Part shown: piece after piece, positions 45,573 through 55,210 of the stretch
Numbering within the stretch: the first letter of the stretch is position 1
Layout of the letters: every line of letters begins with the position of its first letter
Origin: a virus
Taxonomy: Duplodnaviria; Caudoviricetes
Length of the DNA stretch: 58,093 bases
Virus record (IMG/VR): IMGVR_UViG_3300033067_000641
Location: 1 to 58,093 of that record
Direction: 5' to 3' (one strand)
Position numbers and translations under genes: made by a program
The notes under the pieces: generated by a model
The model's input: only the letters and a program-made list of their open reading frames with translations
Databases searched by the model: none
Told to the model about the DNA's origin: nothing

Positions 45573-45880
45573 CCCTGCCCCGCACTCGTGGGGCAGGGCT
45601 TATACCTTGCGATGGATCATGGCAATGAAGTCCGTCTGTGCCCGAGGCCGCTGTAGGGCCGCTATGACCCCTTGCCGCTTGAATTTACGCATTGCTCCCT
45701 CTATCCACTGGTTACGAAAACGCTCTCGCTCTGTTGGCGTGGCGAACCTGTATTGCGTCACGAGCTTGGCCGTTATGCCACGGTCGCGCACCTCTTTCGC
45801 GGCGTGGGCGCGGGGGGATGGCAGGTAAGGAATGGGCATGGTGTTCTCCAGTGGCGGGCGGGATGGCACCAGAGTAATGG

Positions 45881-46165
45881 ATAATCAAAAACAGGGCAAG
45901 TCGCAGAATTTGCTCAAACCTTTTGATTGCCCCTCCGCCCTAGTGGCACAAGGGAAAGGATAGACTAATAATCAAATAATAATAAAAATATATATATATA
46001 TAGGGGGTAAACAGAATCTGTCTCATAATATTTGTCTCGGCGAGCACTTCGTCCCTCCAAATATTTTCTGAGTGTGTAAATCCCCTTGATTATTTATTAT
46101 TTGATTATCCCCTGCCGAATGCCTTGCGGCAGTAGGGCGCACCCACAATAAAAGCACAATCAAAA
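45881..46165. other. Candidate replication origin (AT-rich core inside nested inverted repeats)
   Basis: 15-bp perfect IR 45968-45982/46094-46108, 15/18 IR 45936-45953/46122-46139, (TA)n run, repeated ATAATCAA. Confidence 0.5.
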
Positions 46166-46205
46166 TGCCGTTTCGCACAACCTTTTGTTTATTGGCAAGG
46201 CCGAA

Positions 46206-46227
46206 ACTCGGCAGAAGTCTGCCGAGT
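46206..46227. repeat. Palindrome copy 3
   Basis: ACTCGGCAG-AAGT-CTGCCGAGT. Confidence 0.9.
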
Positions 46228-46285
46228 CGTGACGTCATGCGTCACCTGACGAGGTCAGCTAATCCACCTACTGAAAGGAATCATC

Positions 46286-46681
46286 ATGGCAAACCAAGCA
46301 CGTTTCATCAAGCGCGTAGGCATGCACACCCTGTCCCTCGATCTGCCTGTGCGCGGGCGTGGTCACGCCTCATCAGCAGTGCCGGGCGGGTATCCCTACG
46401 ATGCCTACGACTTGGACTTCACCAACCCCGTAGCGTCGTGCCACAGCAAGCCCCTGCCGATGGTGGCGCACCTGAACTATCGTGGCGGCAAGCTGTGCGA
46501 GTCGGCGTTCCTCGCCGTAAAAGAGGAGGGCGCAGTCCCCGTGTTCCACCGCAACAGCGAGAACGACATGCAGCGGTACAACCTCGCAAAAGCCGCCGCC
46601 GTAGCGGCGCGTGAGAACGCGGAGGCCGAAATCGCAGCAGTCGAGTATCACATGCAGCACCGCCGCATGAGCGAGAACTGA
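46286..46681 (+). CDS. Hypothetical early protein
   Basis: RBS AAGGA. Confidence 0.75.
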   Translation: MANQARFIKRVGMHTLSLDLPVRGRGHASSAVPGGYPYDAYDLDFTNPVASCHSKPLPMVAHLNYRGGKLCESAFLAVKEEGAVPVFHRNSENDMQRYNLAKAAAVAARENAEAEIAAVEYHMQHRRMSEN

Positions 46682-46756
46682 TAGCCCGTCTATCAAAAAC
46701 CGTGGGGGAGAATCCTCTCCCACTTAATCGCAGTGCCTTCCATCATGGAGAATCAA

Positions 46757-46954
46757 ATGGCAACGAAGAACGTCAGCATCACCAAGCAAGTCACCACCAC
46801 CGTCGAGACCACCGAGCAGCGCATCGTGCTGCGCCTGCGCCCCGACAACGGGCAGAGCCTCGCCCAGATGAAGAAGGACAACAACCGCATCGCGGCGTTC
46901 GCCCGCGAACTGGGCTACATGCCCGTCAAGGTGAAGGAGGTCGGCAACTCGTAA
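46757..46954 (+). CDS. Hypothetical early protein
   Basis: RBS GGAG, starts MATKNV. Confidence 0.75.
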   Translation: MATKNVSITKQVTTTVETTEQRIVLRLRPDNGQSLAQMKKDNNRIAAFARELGYMPVKVKEVGNS

Positions 46955-46966
46955 GCGAACACCCGG

Positions 46967-46988
46967 ACTCGGCAGATCCCTGCCGAGT
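46967..46988. repeat. Palindrome copy 4
   Basis: ACTCGGCAG-ATCC-CTGCCGAGT, extended by GG/CC and followed by TTTT. Confidence 0.9.
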
Positions 46989-47014
46989 CCTTTTACCTAC
47001 TGAAAGGGATCACT

Positions 47015-47104
47015 ATGAACCAGATCGAACGTACAACGTGCGACCTTGCAGTCGCTATCCTCGCGGGCATCCTGCTCGCTTGGACTTTCGTGGAGTACCT
47101 GTGA
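47015..47104 (+). CDS. Small membrane peptide (29 aa)
   Basis: MNQIERTTCDLAVAILAGILLAWTFVEYL, TGATG-coupled to the next gene. Confidence 0.55.
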   Translation: MNQIERTTCDLAVAILAGILLAWTFVEYL

Positions 47105-47517
47105 TGAAAATCAAAACCGCAGACCTGATCGGCCCCGCTCTTGACTGGGCAGTAATGAAGATTGAAGGACGAGTCCTTGTTCAGACCCTTGGAGGAGGCT
47201 TGCTTGTAAATGGAAGACATGAAGACGGAAGAGAACTGCCAGAAGATTGGCAAATGACTTTCATGTGGCACCCATCAACCGACTGGGAACAAGGTGGCCC
47301 GATCATCGAACGGGAGAAAATCGACATTAGCTACTGGACTTCAGGCAACGCTTGGCACGGAGCCTGCCCCGGACGTATGCGCTACGACTGCGAAGGTGAA
47401 TATATTGATGGGTCGGATGGGCATAGTGATGGCCCCACTCCGCTCATCGCCGCCATGCGCTGCTTCGTTGCCTCAAGGCTCGGTGATGAAGTGGATGTGC
47501 CGGAGGAACTGAAATGA
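47104..47517 (+). CDS. NinX/DUF2591-family phage protein
   Basis: LIGPALDWAV...PSTDWEQGGPIIE...GPTPLIAAMRC. Confidence 0.85.
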   Translation: MKIKTADLIGPALDWAVMKIEGRVLVQTLGGGLLVNGRHEDGRELPEDWQMTFMWHPSTDWEQGGPIIEREKIDISYWTSGNAWHGACPGRMRYDCEGEYIDGSDGHSDGPTPLIAAMRCFVASRLGDEVDVPEELK

Positions 47518-47828
47518 AACTCAAGCGCAAGCAGATCATCGAGATCCAGTCCATGACAGCAGAGGAACTCGGCGCGTTCATCGGCATGATCAGCATGGTG
47601 TGGCAGTACGCGCACCCGATCGAGCCACCGAAGGACAGCAACGAGACAGACAGGCACAACTACCTGTGCGAGAAGTACGGCACGAGCAACGTCTGGGTGG
47701 CGAGCAACGCCCAAGAGTTTTATCGGCTCGCCGGGTACGCAGAGAAGGATGCCATGCACAGCAAGGGCGGCATCGTCGTGGCCATCATCCGCAATGGAGT
47801 CATCGAGCGAGAGGAGATGTTCAAATGA
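47514..47828 (+). CDS. Hypothetical protein
   Basis: ATGA-coupled. Confidence 0.7.
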   Translation: MKLKRKQIIEIQSMTAEELGAFIGMISMVWQYAHPIEPPKDSNETDRHNYLCEKYGTSNVWVASNAQEFYRLAGYAEKDAMHSKGGIVVAIIRNGVIEREEMFK

Positions 47829-48079
47829 AACGCACATCTGACATAACCAACACGCAGCAGCACAACAGCATCGCATGGTGCAAGGCGTACCTCATTGCGC
47901 TCGGCAACCGTGTGCCTGTCAGCCTGATCCATCCGCATGAGAACGTCCGGCAGTACATGGTCGAACTCACCCGCGAAGCACCGACACGCCTCATCGGGAC
48001 TGCGCCCTCAATCAGCAATGATCACGGTCTCGGCTGCGCGCTGCTGCAACCCACCCCCCGCCAACGGCGGCTTTTCTAG
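47825..48079 (+). CDS. Hypothetical protein
   Basis: ATGA-coupled. Confidence 0.65.
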   Translation: MKRTSDITNTQQHNSIAWCKAYLIALGNRVPVSLIHPHENVRQYMVELTREAPTRLIGTAPSISNDHGLGCALLQPTPRQRRLF

Positions 48080-48088
48080 GAGATCAGC

Positions 48089-48484
48089 ATGGCATTGAAC
48101 TGGAGCATCGGCAAGTGTGCCGACCACGAGCAGTTGTGGGTAAAGGACGGCGAGGAGGGCGGCAAGCCCATGTATCGCCTCAACCCCATCACCGATGGGC
48201 TGATCTGGCTCACCATGATCGTCGAGCAAGGCACCATCACCGAGGCGAACTGGCGCGAGTTCTATCGCCGCGCCAAGCTGTACGAGTTCTACAACGGCCC
48301 GTATTTCAACGGCGCGGAGATCACCCCGGCCATGATCCACAGGCACATCGGGCTCGCGACCAACGTCAGCAGCAGCAGCATCAAGAACTGGAACGCCCGC
48401 TTGCGTCAGTGGAGCGCGGAGTTCATCAAGCAGACCGCAGCACCGCAGGAGAAGTGGAAGTACGAAGCACCGAAGGTGGACTAA
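48089..48484 (+). CDS. Conserved hypothetical phage protein
   Basis: RBS AGGAG. ITEANWREFYRR...HIGLATNV. Confidence 0.75.
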   Translation: MALNWSIGKCADHEQLWVKDGEEGGKPMYRLNPITDGLIWLTMIVEQGTITEANWREFYRRAKLYEFYNGPYFNGAEITPAMIHRHIGLATNVSSSSIKNWNARLRQWSAEFIKQTAAPQEKWKYEAPKVD

Positions 48485-48490
48485 CGTCCA

Positions 48491-48526
48491 ACTCGGCAAG
48501 GCTGACTCGGCAGAAACCTGCCGAGC
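48491..48526. repeat. Palindrome copy 5 plus upstream half-site
   Basis: ACTCGGCAA(48491) and ACTCGGCAG-AAAC-CTGCCGAGC(48505-48526). Confidence 0.85.
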
Positions 48527-48554
48527 TTAACTACCTACTCACATGGAGTGCATC

Positions 48555-50369
48555 ATGCAAAAACGAAACTGGATTCACAGGACAGGTGAAGGCATCGAGG
48601 TTGAACACCGCCGACTGATCGACCTCTACATCGACATCGGCAACCGTCACGACCTCGACATAACGGGTGATAGCGCGGAGCCTTTCCGCAACCAGAGCAA
48701 CATGGCGCTGTTCCGCCAGACGCTCACCGACAACTACGACTGGCAGGTGATGTGCGACGATGCCAAAGTTACCCACGATCGTCGCATTCGGCGGGCTGAC
48801 TACGTCGCCGGGATTGAAGCGCGCATGGGCATCGGCCGTCATGCCCCGTACTGGAGGTACGAGGGCCGCGACAGGGGGAGCGCCCGCAACCTGATCTACT
48901 CCAACAGGGAGAAGGGCAGGGTGTATGCCAAGCTCGGCGACAAGAATGTCACGATGCGAACCATCTTCGAAACCGTCACGACGTATGGGCAGGAGGCGCT
49001 CGACAGCTTCGGCAGCCTCGGCACGATGGGGCGTATCCTGCAACGCAACGACGGCCCGGCACCGACACGCTTCGCGGCGGCATTCCGCGCAATGCAGGAT
49101 GTCGGGATCCCGTGGCGCATGGAGCACTGGTGGCGTAGCGGTGTGTTGCCTTTCCTGCTCGCACCCCGCGCAAGCGAGAAGCATCCCGGCCTGCTGTGTT
49201 ACTACCAGAGTGCCGACAAGATGGAGCGCGATGTGCTGACACCCATCAAGGCAGGCAGGTTCCTCGGCAAGTACTTCCCCCAACTGGATGAGGACCACGT
49301 CCGTTACTGGTCAACCGAGTGGGACAACGCCAACAGCGAACTGGTGGTGCACTTCACCGAGACCACGACACTCTCCAACCACGCGGCAGTCGAGCAGCAC
49401 TGGATGGACATCTATCGCCATGGGCCGCACTCGTGCATGAAGTCGAGCAGTTCGGTCAGAGTGTATGCCAAGCCGGGCAACTCGCTGCGTCTGGCCTACA
49501 TCACGGACGACGGCACTCCCGGCGGGCAACCCATCGCCCGTTGTATCGTGCGCGACGACGAGATGAAGTGGGTGCGTATCTACCCCGAGGACAGCGGGCG
49601 CATGTGGAACGGCATGAAGAAGAAACTGGAGGCACTGGGCTACACGCACGGCGGCTTCGAAGGCATCGAGATCCAACGCATCCGGTCGGGCAACGGGTAC
49701 GTCTGCCCCTATATAGACTGTGGCTACGACGGCCCGCAGATGGTGTCGGTGGAGGACGACTGTCTGCTCATCACGGAGGACGGCGAGTGGGATGCGGCGA
49801 CGACGGGTGGTCACATCGGAAAATGTATGTGCTGCGACAATTGCGGCGACGGCGTCGACTCCGACGATGTCTACTACAGCGACGGGGACACTCCCTACTG
49901 CGAGTCCTGCTACAACGACCTGTTCTGTCAGGCGTATTCTCACAGGGGGCGGCAGTGCGAGTGCCGTCAGGAGGACTGTGTCCAGGTGGATGGCGAGTGG
50001 TATCACATCGACTACCTGTCGTACAACAGCATCCATGAGTGCGACAACTGCGGCGAGTACTTCAAGTCAGATGATATGGTCGGAGTGCTCGACGGCCTTG
50101 CCTGCGTCGACTGCGCCGTTGCCCTTGACGTCAAGGACAGGTATGGCAACCACCACGCCTTGCTCTACGACACGGTGGATACCGACGACGGGCGCACCAT
50201 CCGCGAGGACGAGTCGGTCGAGATCGAGTGGGCGGATGGCGACACCTACGTCCTGCACAAGGACGACGACCCGCTGGAGTACCTGCCCGAGGTGGATGAC
50301 CCCGACGACACGGCCCGTGTCAACATCGACGCCGAACAAGGAGAAGAATATGAACACGCAACGGCTTAA
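48555..50369 (+). CDS. Large early protein with GPHSCM domain and CxxC repeats
   Basis: IKAGRFL, YRHGPHSCM, ARCIV...RIY, PYID, then several CxxC pairs. Confidence 0.8.
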   Translation: MQKRNWIHRTGEGIEVEHRRLIDLYIDIGNRHDLDITGDSAEPFRNQSNMALFRQTLTDNYDWQVMCDDAKVTHDRRIRRADYVAGIEARMGIGRHAPYWRYEGRDRGSARNLIYSNREKGRVYAKLGDKNVTMRTIFETVTTYGQEALDSFGSLGTMGRILQRNDGPAPTRFAAAFRAMQDVGIPWRMEHWWRSGVLPFLLAPRASEKHPGLLCYYQSADKMERDVLTPIKAGRFLGKYFPQLDEDHVRYWSTEWDNANSELVVHFTETTTLSNHAAVEQHWMDIYRHGPHSCMKSSSSVRVYAKPGNSLRLAYITDDGTPGGQPIARCIVRDDEMKWVRIYPEDSGRMWNGMKKKLEALGYTHGGFEGIEIQRIRSGNGYVCPYIDCGYDGPQMVSVEDDCLLITEDGEWDAATTGGHIGKCMCCDNCGDGVDSDDVYYSDGDTPYCESCYNDLFCQAYSHRGRQCECRQEDCVQVDGEWYHIDYLSYNSIHECDNCGEYFKSDDMVGVLDGLACVDCAVALDVKDRYGNHHALLYDTVDTDDGRTIREDESVEIEWADGDTYVLHKDDDPLEYLPEVDDPDDTARVNIDAEQGEEYEHATA

Positions 50370-51399
50370 GAAAATCCTGCGGCTTGCCCGCCATCACAAC
50401 AGCCCCGGCGAGATCATCATGTGTCGCATGCTGTGGCGCATACCGGGCATCGAGGCGCACATCAGCAGCACCAAGTCGGTGTCGGCCTATTACCTCACCA
50501 TCCCCAAGTCGGACGGCACGAAGTACCCCGTGCTCTGGTCGGCACATACCGACTCGGTGCATGCCCACACCGACGAGGTGAGGCAGAACATCCTGTTCGA
50601 CGCCGAGGACATGATGTTCGCTGCGTCACGGGGCAAGGCCATACTCGGTGCGGATGACGGCGCAGGACTGTGGCTGTTGTGGGAGATGATCGAGGCAGGT
50701 GTGCCGGGAACCTATGTGTTCCACCGTGGCGAGGAGGTGGGCGGCATCGGCTCACGCAGCATGGAGGCCGAGCAAGAGAAGTGGCTTGAGCAATTCACCC
50801 ACGCCATCGCCTTCGATCGCAAGGGCAACGAGGACGTGATCACGCATCAGGGTATGGGGCGCTGCTGCTCGGACGCATGGGCAATGCAGTTCGCCGAGAT
50901 GCTCGGCATGGGTCACAAGAAGTCGGAGCATGGCATCTTCACCGACACGGCGAACTACACCTCGCTCATCCCCGAGTGCAGCAACGTCGGCATAGGGTAC
51001 GAAGGGGCGCACTCGCACAAGGAGACACTCGATCTTGAGTATCTGTTCAGGCTGCGTGACCGCATGATCGAGGTATTTAAGGACGCGCCCGACATGAAGG
51101 TGGTACGCAAGGTGGATGACGTCGAGGACTACGCCATGTTCTACGGGCAGGGGTGGCGCAGGGCGTCGACGACCGCCAAGCGCAAGCCCATCGATCTGTA
51201 CGACGTGGATGAGTGGGACATCGTCGGCATGCCCATACTGCGACTGGAGCAGATGTGCCGCATGAACCCCGGCGCGGCAGCAGACTTGCTGATGGACTTT
51301 GCAGGGAAGATCGTCTATCAGCTGGAGTTGGAACTGGACGATGAGATGGAGGGTCTGGACGAACACGCCTCATCACATTTGAAGCATGGACTGGCATAG
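50350..51399 (+). CDS. M28/M20-clan zinc peptidase-like protein
   Basis: AHTDSVH, LGADDGAG, EEVGGIGS, FDRKG, GYEGAH. Confidence 0.88.
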   Translation: MNTQRLKKILRLARHHNSPGEIIMCRMLWRIPGIEAHISSTKSVSAYYLTIPKSDGTKYPVLWSAHTDSVHAHTDEVRQNILFDAEDMMFAASRGKAILGADDGAGLWLLWEMIEAGVPGTYVFHRGEEVGGIGSRSMEAEQEKWLEQFTHAIAFDRKGNEDVITHQGMGRCCSDAWAMQFAEMLGMGHKKSEHGIFTDTANYTSLIPECSNVGIGYEGAHSHKETLDLEYLFRLRDRMIEVFKDAPDMKVVRKVDDVEDYAMFYGQGWRRASTTAKRKPIDLYDVDEWDIVGMPILRLEQMCRMNPGAAADLLMDFAGKIVYQLELELDDEMEGLDEHASSHLKHGLA

Positions 51400-51459
51400 G
51401 AGAGCAGCAATGATCAACGGAAAAAGCATCAACATTTCGACCATTACTAGGAGAGCAGC

Positions 51460-52296
51460 ATGAGTCACTTTGTTTGTATCGTTATCGGCGAGGACGCCAA
51501 AGCCCAACTCGCCCCCTACGACGAGAACATCACCGTCGAGCCCTACGAGGAGTTGTACGACGGGGAGAGTCTTCAGCGCATGGCCGCGCACTACATGATC
51601 GACCCCAACAACCTGCCTGCGTTGGCCGAGCAATTCCCCGAGTGGGCAGGTTGTAACGCCGTGGTCAGGGACGGCAAGCTGTACCGCATCTCCACCTACA
51701 ACCCGAAGTCGAAGTGGGACTGGTATCAACTCGGCGGCAGATGGGCGGGCATGCTCAAGCTCAAGGCTCCCGGTCAGGCAGTGCAGGGCGAGCGGTCGTG
51801 GGCCAACGAGCACGAGACCACGGACGAGATGCATGGCGATGCTGCGCTGAAGTGCGACATCGACTTCGATGGCATGCGTGACGAGGCAGCAGAGAAGGCG
51901 CAGGCCCGATGGGAGAGGGCGCAGTTGATCCTCAAGGGCAAGAGCTTCGACAGTTGGCAGACTGTGTTCGACCGGTGCGGGCGTGATGTCGAGAAGGCGC
52001 GACTGGAGTACCACGCGCAGGAGGGCGTCAAGCTGCTGAAGGAGGACAAGGAGTTCGCATGGGAGTGCGATGACATCCTCACCTCGCTGCCCGAGTACAT
52101 CGCTCGTGCCCGCATGCAGGCAGTGAGTTCGTTCGCCCTGTTGGTCAATGGCGAGTGGTACGAACGTGGCGAGATGGGATGGTTCGGCATGGCGAGCAAT
52201 GAGAAGGACGAGGACGACTGGTACAAGTTCGTCGCCCAACAACTCAATGCCGCATCCGAAACCACGCCGATCGCGGTGTACGACCTTCACATCTAG
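51460..52296 (+). CDS. Conserved hypothetical phage protein
   Basis: MSHF...YNPKSKWDWYQLGGRW...GEMGWFG...YDLHI. Confidence 0.8.
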   Translation: MSHFVCIVIGEDAKAQLAPYDENITVEPYEELYDGESLQRMAAHYMIDPNNLPALAEQFPEWAGCNAVVRDGKLYRISTYNPKSKWDWYQLGGRWAGMLKLKAPGQAVQGERSWANEHETTDEMHGDAALKCDIDFDGMRDEAAEKAQARWERAQLILKGKSFDSWQTVFDRCGRDVEKARLEYHAQEGVKLLKEDKEFAWECDDILTSLPEYIARARMQAVSSFALLVNGEWYERGEMGWFGMASNEKDEDDWYKFVAQQLNAASETTPIAVYDLHI

Positions 52297-52305
52297 GAGG
52301 AGACC

Positions 52306-52614
52306 ATGGGAGGTGACGACTATCTTCCCGTACACAAGCGGGAAGGCTACGCCGAGCGGATGTACGAGCACGGCGAGTTTCTACGCAAGGCAAAGAAGGA
52401 GAACGACATGCTTGAATCCAAGCGACAAGGGGCGTACTATACGGACGACAAAGGCAAGCGCATCTATTACAAAGACATCGCCAGAGACATCCGGCAACAC
52501 CACCCGAAACTCGAAGGGCAGCACATCTTCGCACAGCTTGACGCACTGGGCTTGCGGGATGGTTTCAACAAGGGACACACCGCGTGTGCGCTCCCCTATT
52601 CTTTCACTGACTAA
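52306..52614 (+). CDS. Hypothetical protein
   Basis: RBS AGGAGG. Confidence 0.6.
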   Translation: MGGDDYLPVHKREGYAERMYEHGEFLRKAKKENDMLESKRQGAYYTDDKGKRIYYKDIARDIRQHHPKLEGQHIFAQLDALGLRDGFNKGHTACALPYSFTD

Positions 52615-52626
52615 AGGACTACGAAC

Positions 52627-53604
52627 ATGGCAGCGAATATTGAACGAATGGCACTGATTGGCCAACCCGCATGGCACGGGTTGGAAGAAGTAATGAACGA
52701 GGACAGCACGATGGAGGAGTGGGCCGTTGCGGCTGCGCTCGACCACGCCATCGAGAAGGTGCCCGTGCTGTACAAGGTGAATGCAGATGGGTTCCTCCGC
52801 TCCTCGGAGGACAAGTTCGTCCTGTTCCGCACCGACACGGGCCGCGACCTCTCCATCGTCAGCGAGCAGTACAACGTGGTGCAACCGAAGGAGATTCTGG
52901 ATTCGTTCCAGTACCTCATCGACAAGCACGGCTTCAAGATGGAGACTGCCGGATCACTGGCGGGTGGCAAGAAGATCTGGGCGATGGCAAGCACGGGCAA
53001 CACCCTGCAAGTCGGCGTGATGGGCGACATCATCAAGCAGTTCATCCTCCTCGCCACCTCCTACGATGGCAGCATCGCCACCACGGGCAAGCACACGAGT
53101 CAGCGCGTCGTGTGCGAGAACACGCTCAACATCTGCCTCGGCAATGGCGAGCCCGCCGTGAAGGTGAATCATCGTAGCGTGTTCGACAAGGATCAGATGC
53201 TCATCGACCTCGGCCTCATGGAGAGCGAGTGGGCTGACTTCGGCGTGATGGCCAACCGCATGCACAACGCACCGGTATCGAAGGCGTCGACGGCAGCGCG
53301 TTGGTACGCTGAACTCCTGACCGAGCGGCCCATGACCGACGAGGAAGTCATCGAGATGGCGGGCGAGAACCGTGTCCTCAAGCAGTTGATGACCGTGTTC
53401 CGCGAGGCGAAGGGCGGCGAGCCGACCGTGTGGGGCTTGGTCAATGGCGTCACGGCATTCATCGACCATGTGCGTGGGCGCAGCGCAGACACGCGGCTCA
53501 ACTCGTCGTGGTTTGGTCAGGGTGCCAGCCTCAAGCAGAAGGCATGGGACAAGGCAGTGCTCACCGTCGCAGCCAACGACAGCGCAGTGCAGGTGGCGGC
53601 ATGA
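52627..53604 (+). CDS. DUF932 phage/plasmid-family protein
   Basis: PAWHGL, YNVVQP, ETAGSLAGGKKIW, TSYDGS, RVVCENT, WGLVNGVT. Confidence 0.88.
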   Translation: MAANIERMALIGQPAWHGLEEVMNEDSTMEEWAVAAALDHAIEKVPVLYKVNADGFLRSSEDKFVLFRTDTGRDLSIVSEQYNVVQPKEILDSFQYLIDKHGFKMETAGSLAGGKKIWAMASTGNTLQVGVMGDIIKQFILLATSYDGSIATTGKHTSQRVVCENTLNICLGNGEPAVKVNHRSVFDKDQMLIDLGLMESEWADFGVMANRMHNAPVSKASTAARWYAELLTERPMTDEEVIEMAGENRVLKQLMTVFREAKGGEPTVWGLVNGVTAFIDHVRGRSADTRLNSSWFGQGASLKQKAWDKAVLTVAANDSAVQVAA

Positions 53605-54149
53605 CATACCCCGTGCAAAAAGTCCGGCCAGTCCGGCCTGCGCCCGCCACCCCGGAGGACCACGGCTTGCCGTGGTCAAGCGACGATCTTGCTGCCGTCG
53701 TAGGCGACTACTTGTCGGGCATGTCGATTCAGCAACTCGCCGAGAAGTTCGGACGGACGACCGAGTCCATCCGTTGCAAAATCCCTCTCGCCCTTCAAGA
53801 CACCGGAGGGTATGTCGCGGATGTCTGCCCACAGATGTACCGCGACCGGGTGGCAGCAGCAACCAAAGCAGCGCATACGATACACACCAACATTCAATCG
53901 ACTCAGGAGAAACAAGTGAAGATAGTTATCGAAACCAAGACGTTCATCAACGGCAGCGACGTGGCTGCTCTCACCAACGACCAACTGTTCAAGTTCATCT
54001 CGGACATCGAGAACGAGGTCAAGCGCCTGTCGGCCATCGAGCACAAGCCGAAGGCACTGCAAGCCCAGATCAATGCGCTCAACTGCGGCATCATCGACAT
54101 CGTCGAGATCTGCGATGCGCGTCTGGCCAAGGAAGGCGGTGCAGCATGA
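53601..54149 (+). CDS. Putative HTH protein (possible internal in-frame GTG start at 53917)
   Basis: PWSSDD...MSIQQLAEKFGRTTESI. Internal AGGAG RBS. Confidence 0.6.
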   Translation: MTYPVQKVRPVRPAPATPEDHGLPWSSDDLAAVVGDYLSGMSIQQLAEKFGRTTESIRCKIPLALQDTGGYVADVCPQMYRDRVAAATKAAHTIHTNIQSTQEKQVKIVIETKTFINGSDVAALTNDQLFKFISDIENEVKRLSAIEHKPKALQAQINALNCGIIDIVEICDARLAKEGGAA

Positions 54150-54448
54150 GCAAGAATCTCAACAACGTCCTCGAATGCGTGTCCGGCGTCAAGGACATCT
54201 GCGACAACCTGCTCGCCATCAAGGGGGAGAAGTTCGTACAGAAGGTGCAGATCGTGCATTCGCTGTATAGCCTGTCGAAGATGGCTGACAAGGCGATCGA
54301 CAAGACCGACCCTATCAGGGGCGCGATGTTCTCATTCGCTCTCGACAACGTGACGGCGATGGTGATCAAGCACATCCTCGCCGACGACAAGGAGGCAGAG
54401 GACGTTCTGGAGTGGGCCGAGGTCATTGAGAAACGGCTCAACTCGTGA
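54146..54448 (+). CDS. Hypothetical protein
   Basis: ATGA-coupled. Confidence 0.7.
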   Translation: MSKNLNNVLECVSGVKDICDNLLAIKGEKFVQKVQIVHSLYSLSKMADKAIDKTDPIRGAMFSFALDNVTAMVIKHILADDKEAEDVLEWAEVIEKRLNS

Positions 54449-54678
54449 ATCATGCCGACCGAGAAAGACTGCATGCCCGGATCGAACGCGCTATCGACCG
54501 GTTGAAGTCGGGCGGCATGCGTATCGGCCCGAAGATGCATGATGCCCTGTACCGCATGGCATGCGTCGGCGCAATGGCCGTGAGCAAGGGGAAGAACCCT
54601 GAGCTTATGCATGCGATCGTGACGGGGCGGAAGTTGTCCAACAAGACATGGCAGGAGGTGCTAGGTGGCAACGATTGA
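54445..54678 (+). CDS. Hypothetical protein
   Basis: GTGA-coupled. Confidence 0.65.
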   Translation: MNHADRERLHARIERAIDRLKSGGMRIGPKMHDALYRMACVGAMAVSKGKNPELMHAIVTGRKLSNKTWQEVLGGND

Positions 54679-54868
54679 CGATCTGATGGATCGTCTTATC
54701 CGAGTCGAGTCCAGACTCGTACAACTGATGTTGCACATGGGAGCGACCCCGAAAGGGGTTCTCCCTGATAAGGACGATCCGGCGTACTGGGGAGGCAAAC
54801 GCCTGAACAGGGAAGCAGAAGTAGATGGCAAGAAAGAACTCAATTCACTACTCAGGAGAGAACCATGA
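54665..54868 (+). CDS. Hypothetical protein
   Basis: RBS AGGAGG. Confidence 0.65.
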   Translation: MATIDDLMDRLIRVESRLVQLMLHMGATPKGVLPDKDDPAYWGGKRLNREAEVDGKKELNSLLRREP

Positions 54869-55092
54869 ATTTCGACTTGATCAAGTCGGAGCTTGATCAG
54901 CATCGCAAGGTTCTGGAACTGGTGGGCAGCAGGACACCCGTGAAGGACACGCCTCATCAGTTGAGTGGCTTGGGCTTCAGCAGCACTGGGCGAGAAGTCC
55001 GTCGACGACTTGCAGGCGATGTTGGCCAGTCTGTAACCAACTACGCGGGGCTTCGGCCCCGCCCATCAGGAGAACGAAATGTGGTTTTATGA
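54865..55092 (+). CDS. Hypothetical protein
   Basis: RBS AGGAG, ATGA-coupled. Confidence 0.6.
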   Translation: MNFDLIKSELDQHRKVLELVGSRTPVKDTPHQLSGLGFSSTGREVRRRLAGDVGQSVTNYAGLRPRPSGERNVVL

Positions 55093-55210
55093 TGACGAAG
55101 GAGAGGGTGGCTACGTCGATTTCATCACCGACGCGGGGTTCGCGGTCATGGCTGTGTTGATTGTGTGCGCCGTTTTGGCGATCATAGGAGGTGTGCTGTG
55201 GCCGTGGTGA
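55079..55210 (+). CDS. Small membrane protein (43 aa)
   Basis: MWFYDDEG...FAVMAVLIVCAVLAIIGGVLWPW, RBS AGGAG. Confidence 0.55.
   Translation: MWFYDDEGEGGYVDFITDAGFAVMAVLIVCAVLAIIGGVLWPW

Noticed and set aside
45600-45869. Minus-strand 89-aa ORF in the early intergenic region
   Set aside because: Possible (GGAG precedes an internal ATG) but opposite to its neighbours and without motif support, so not called.
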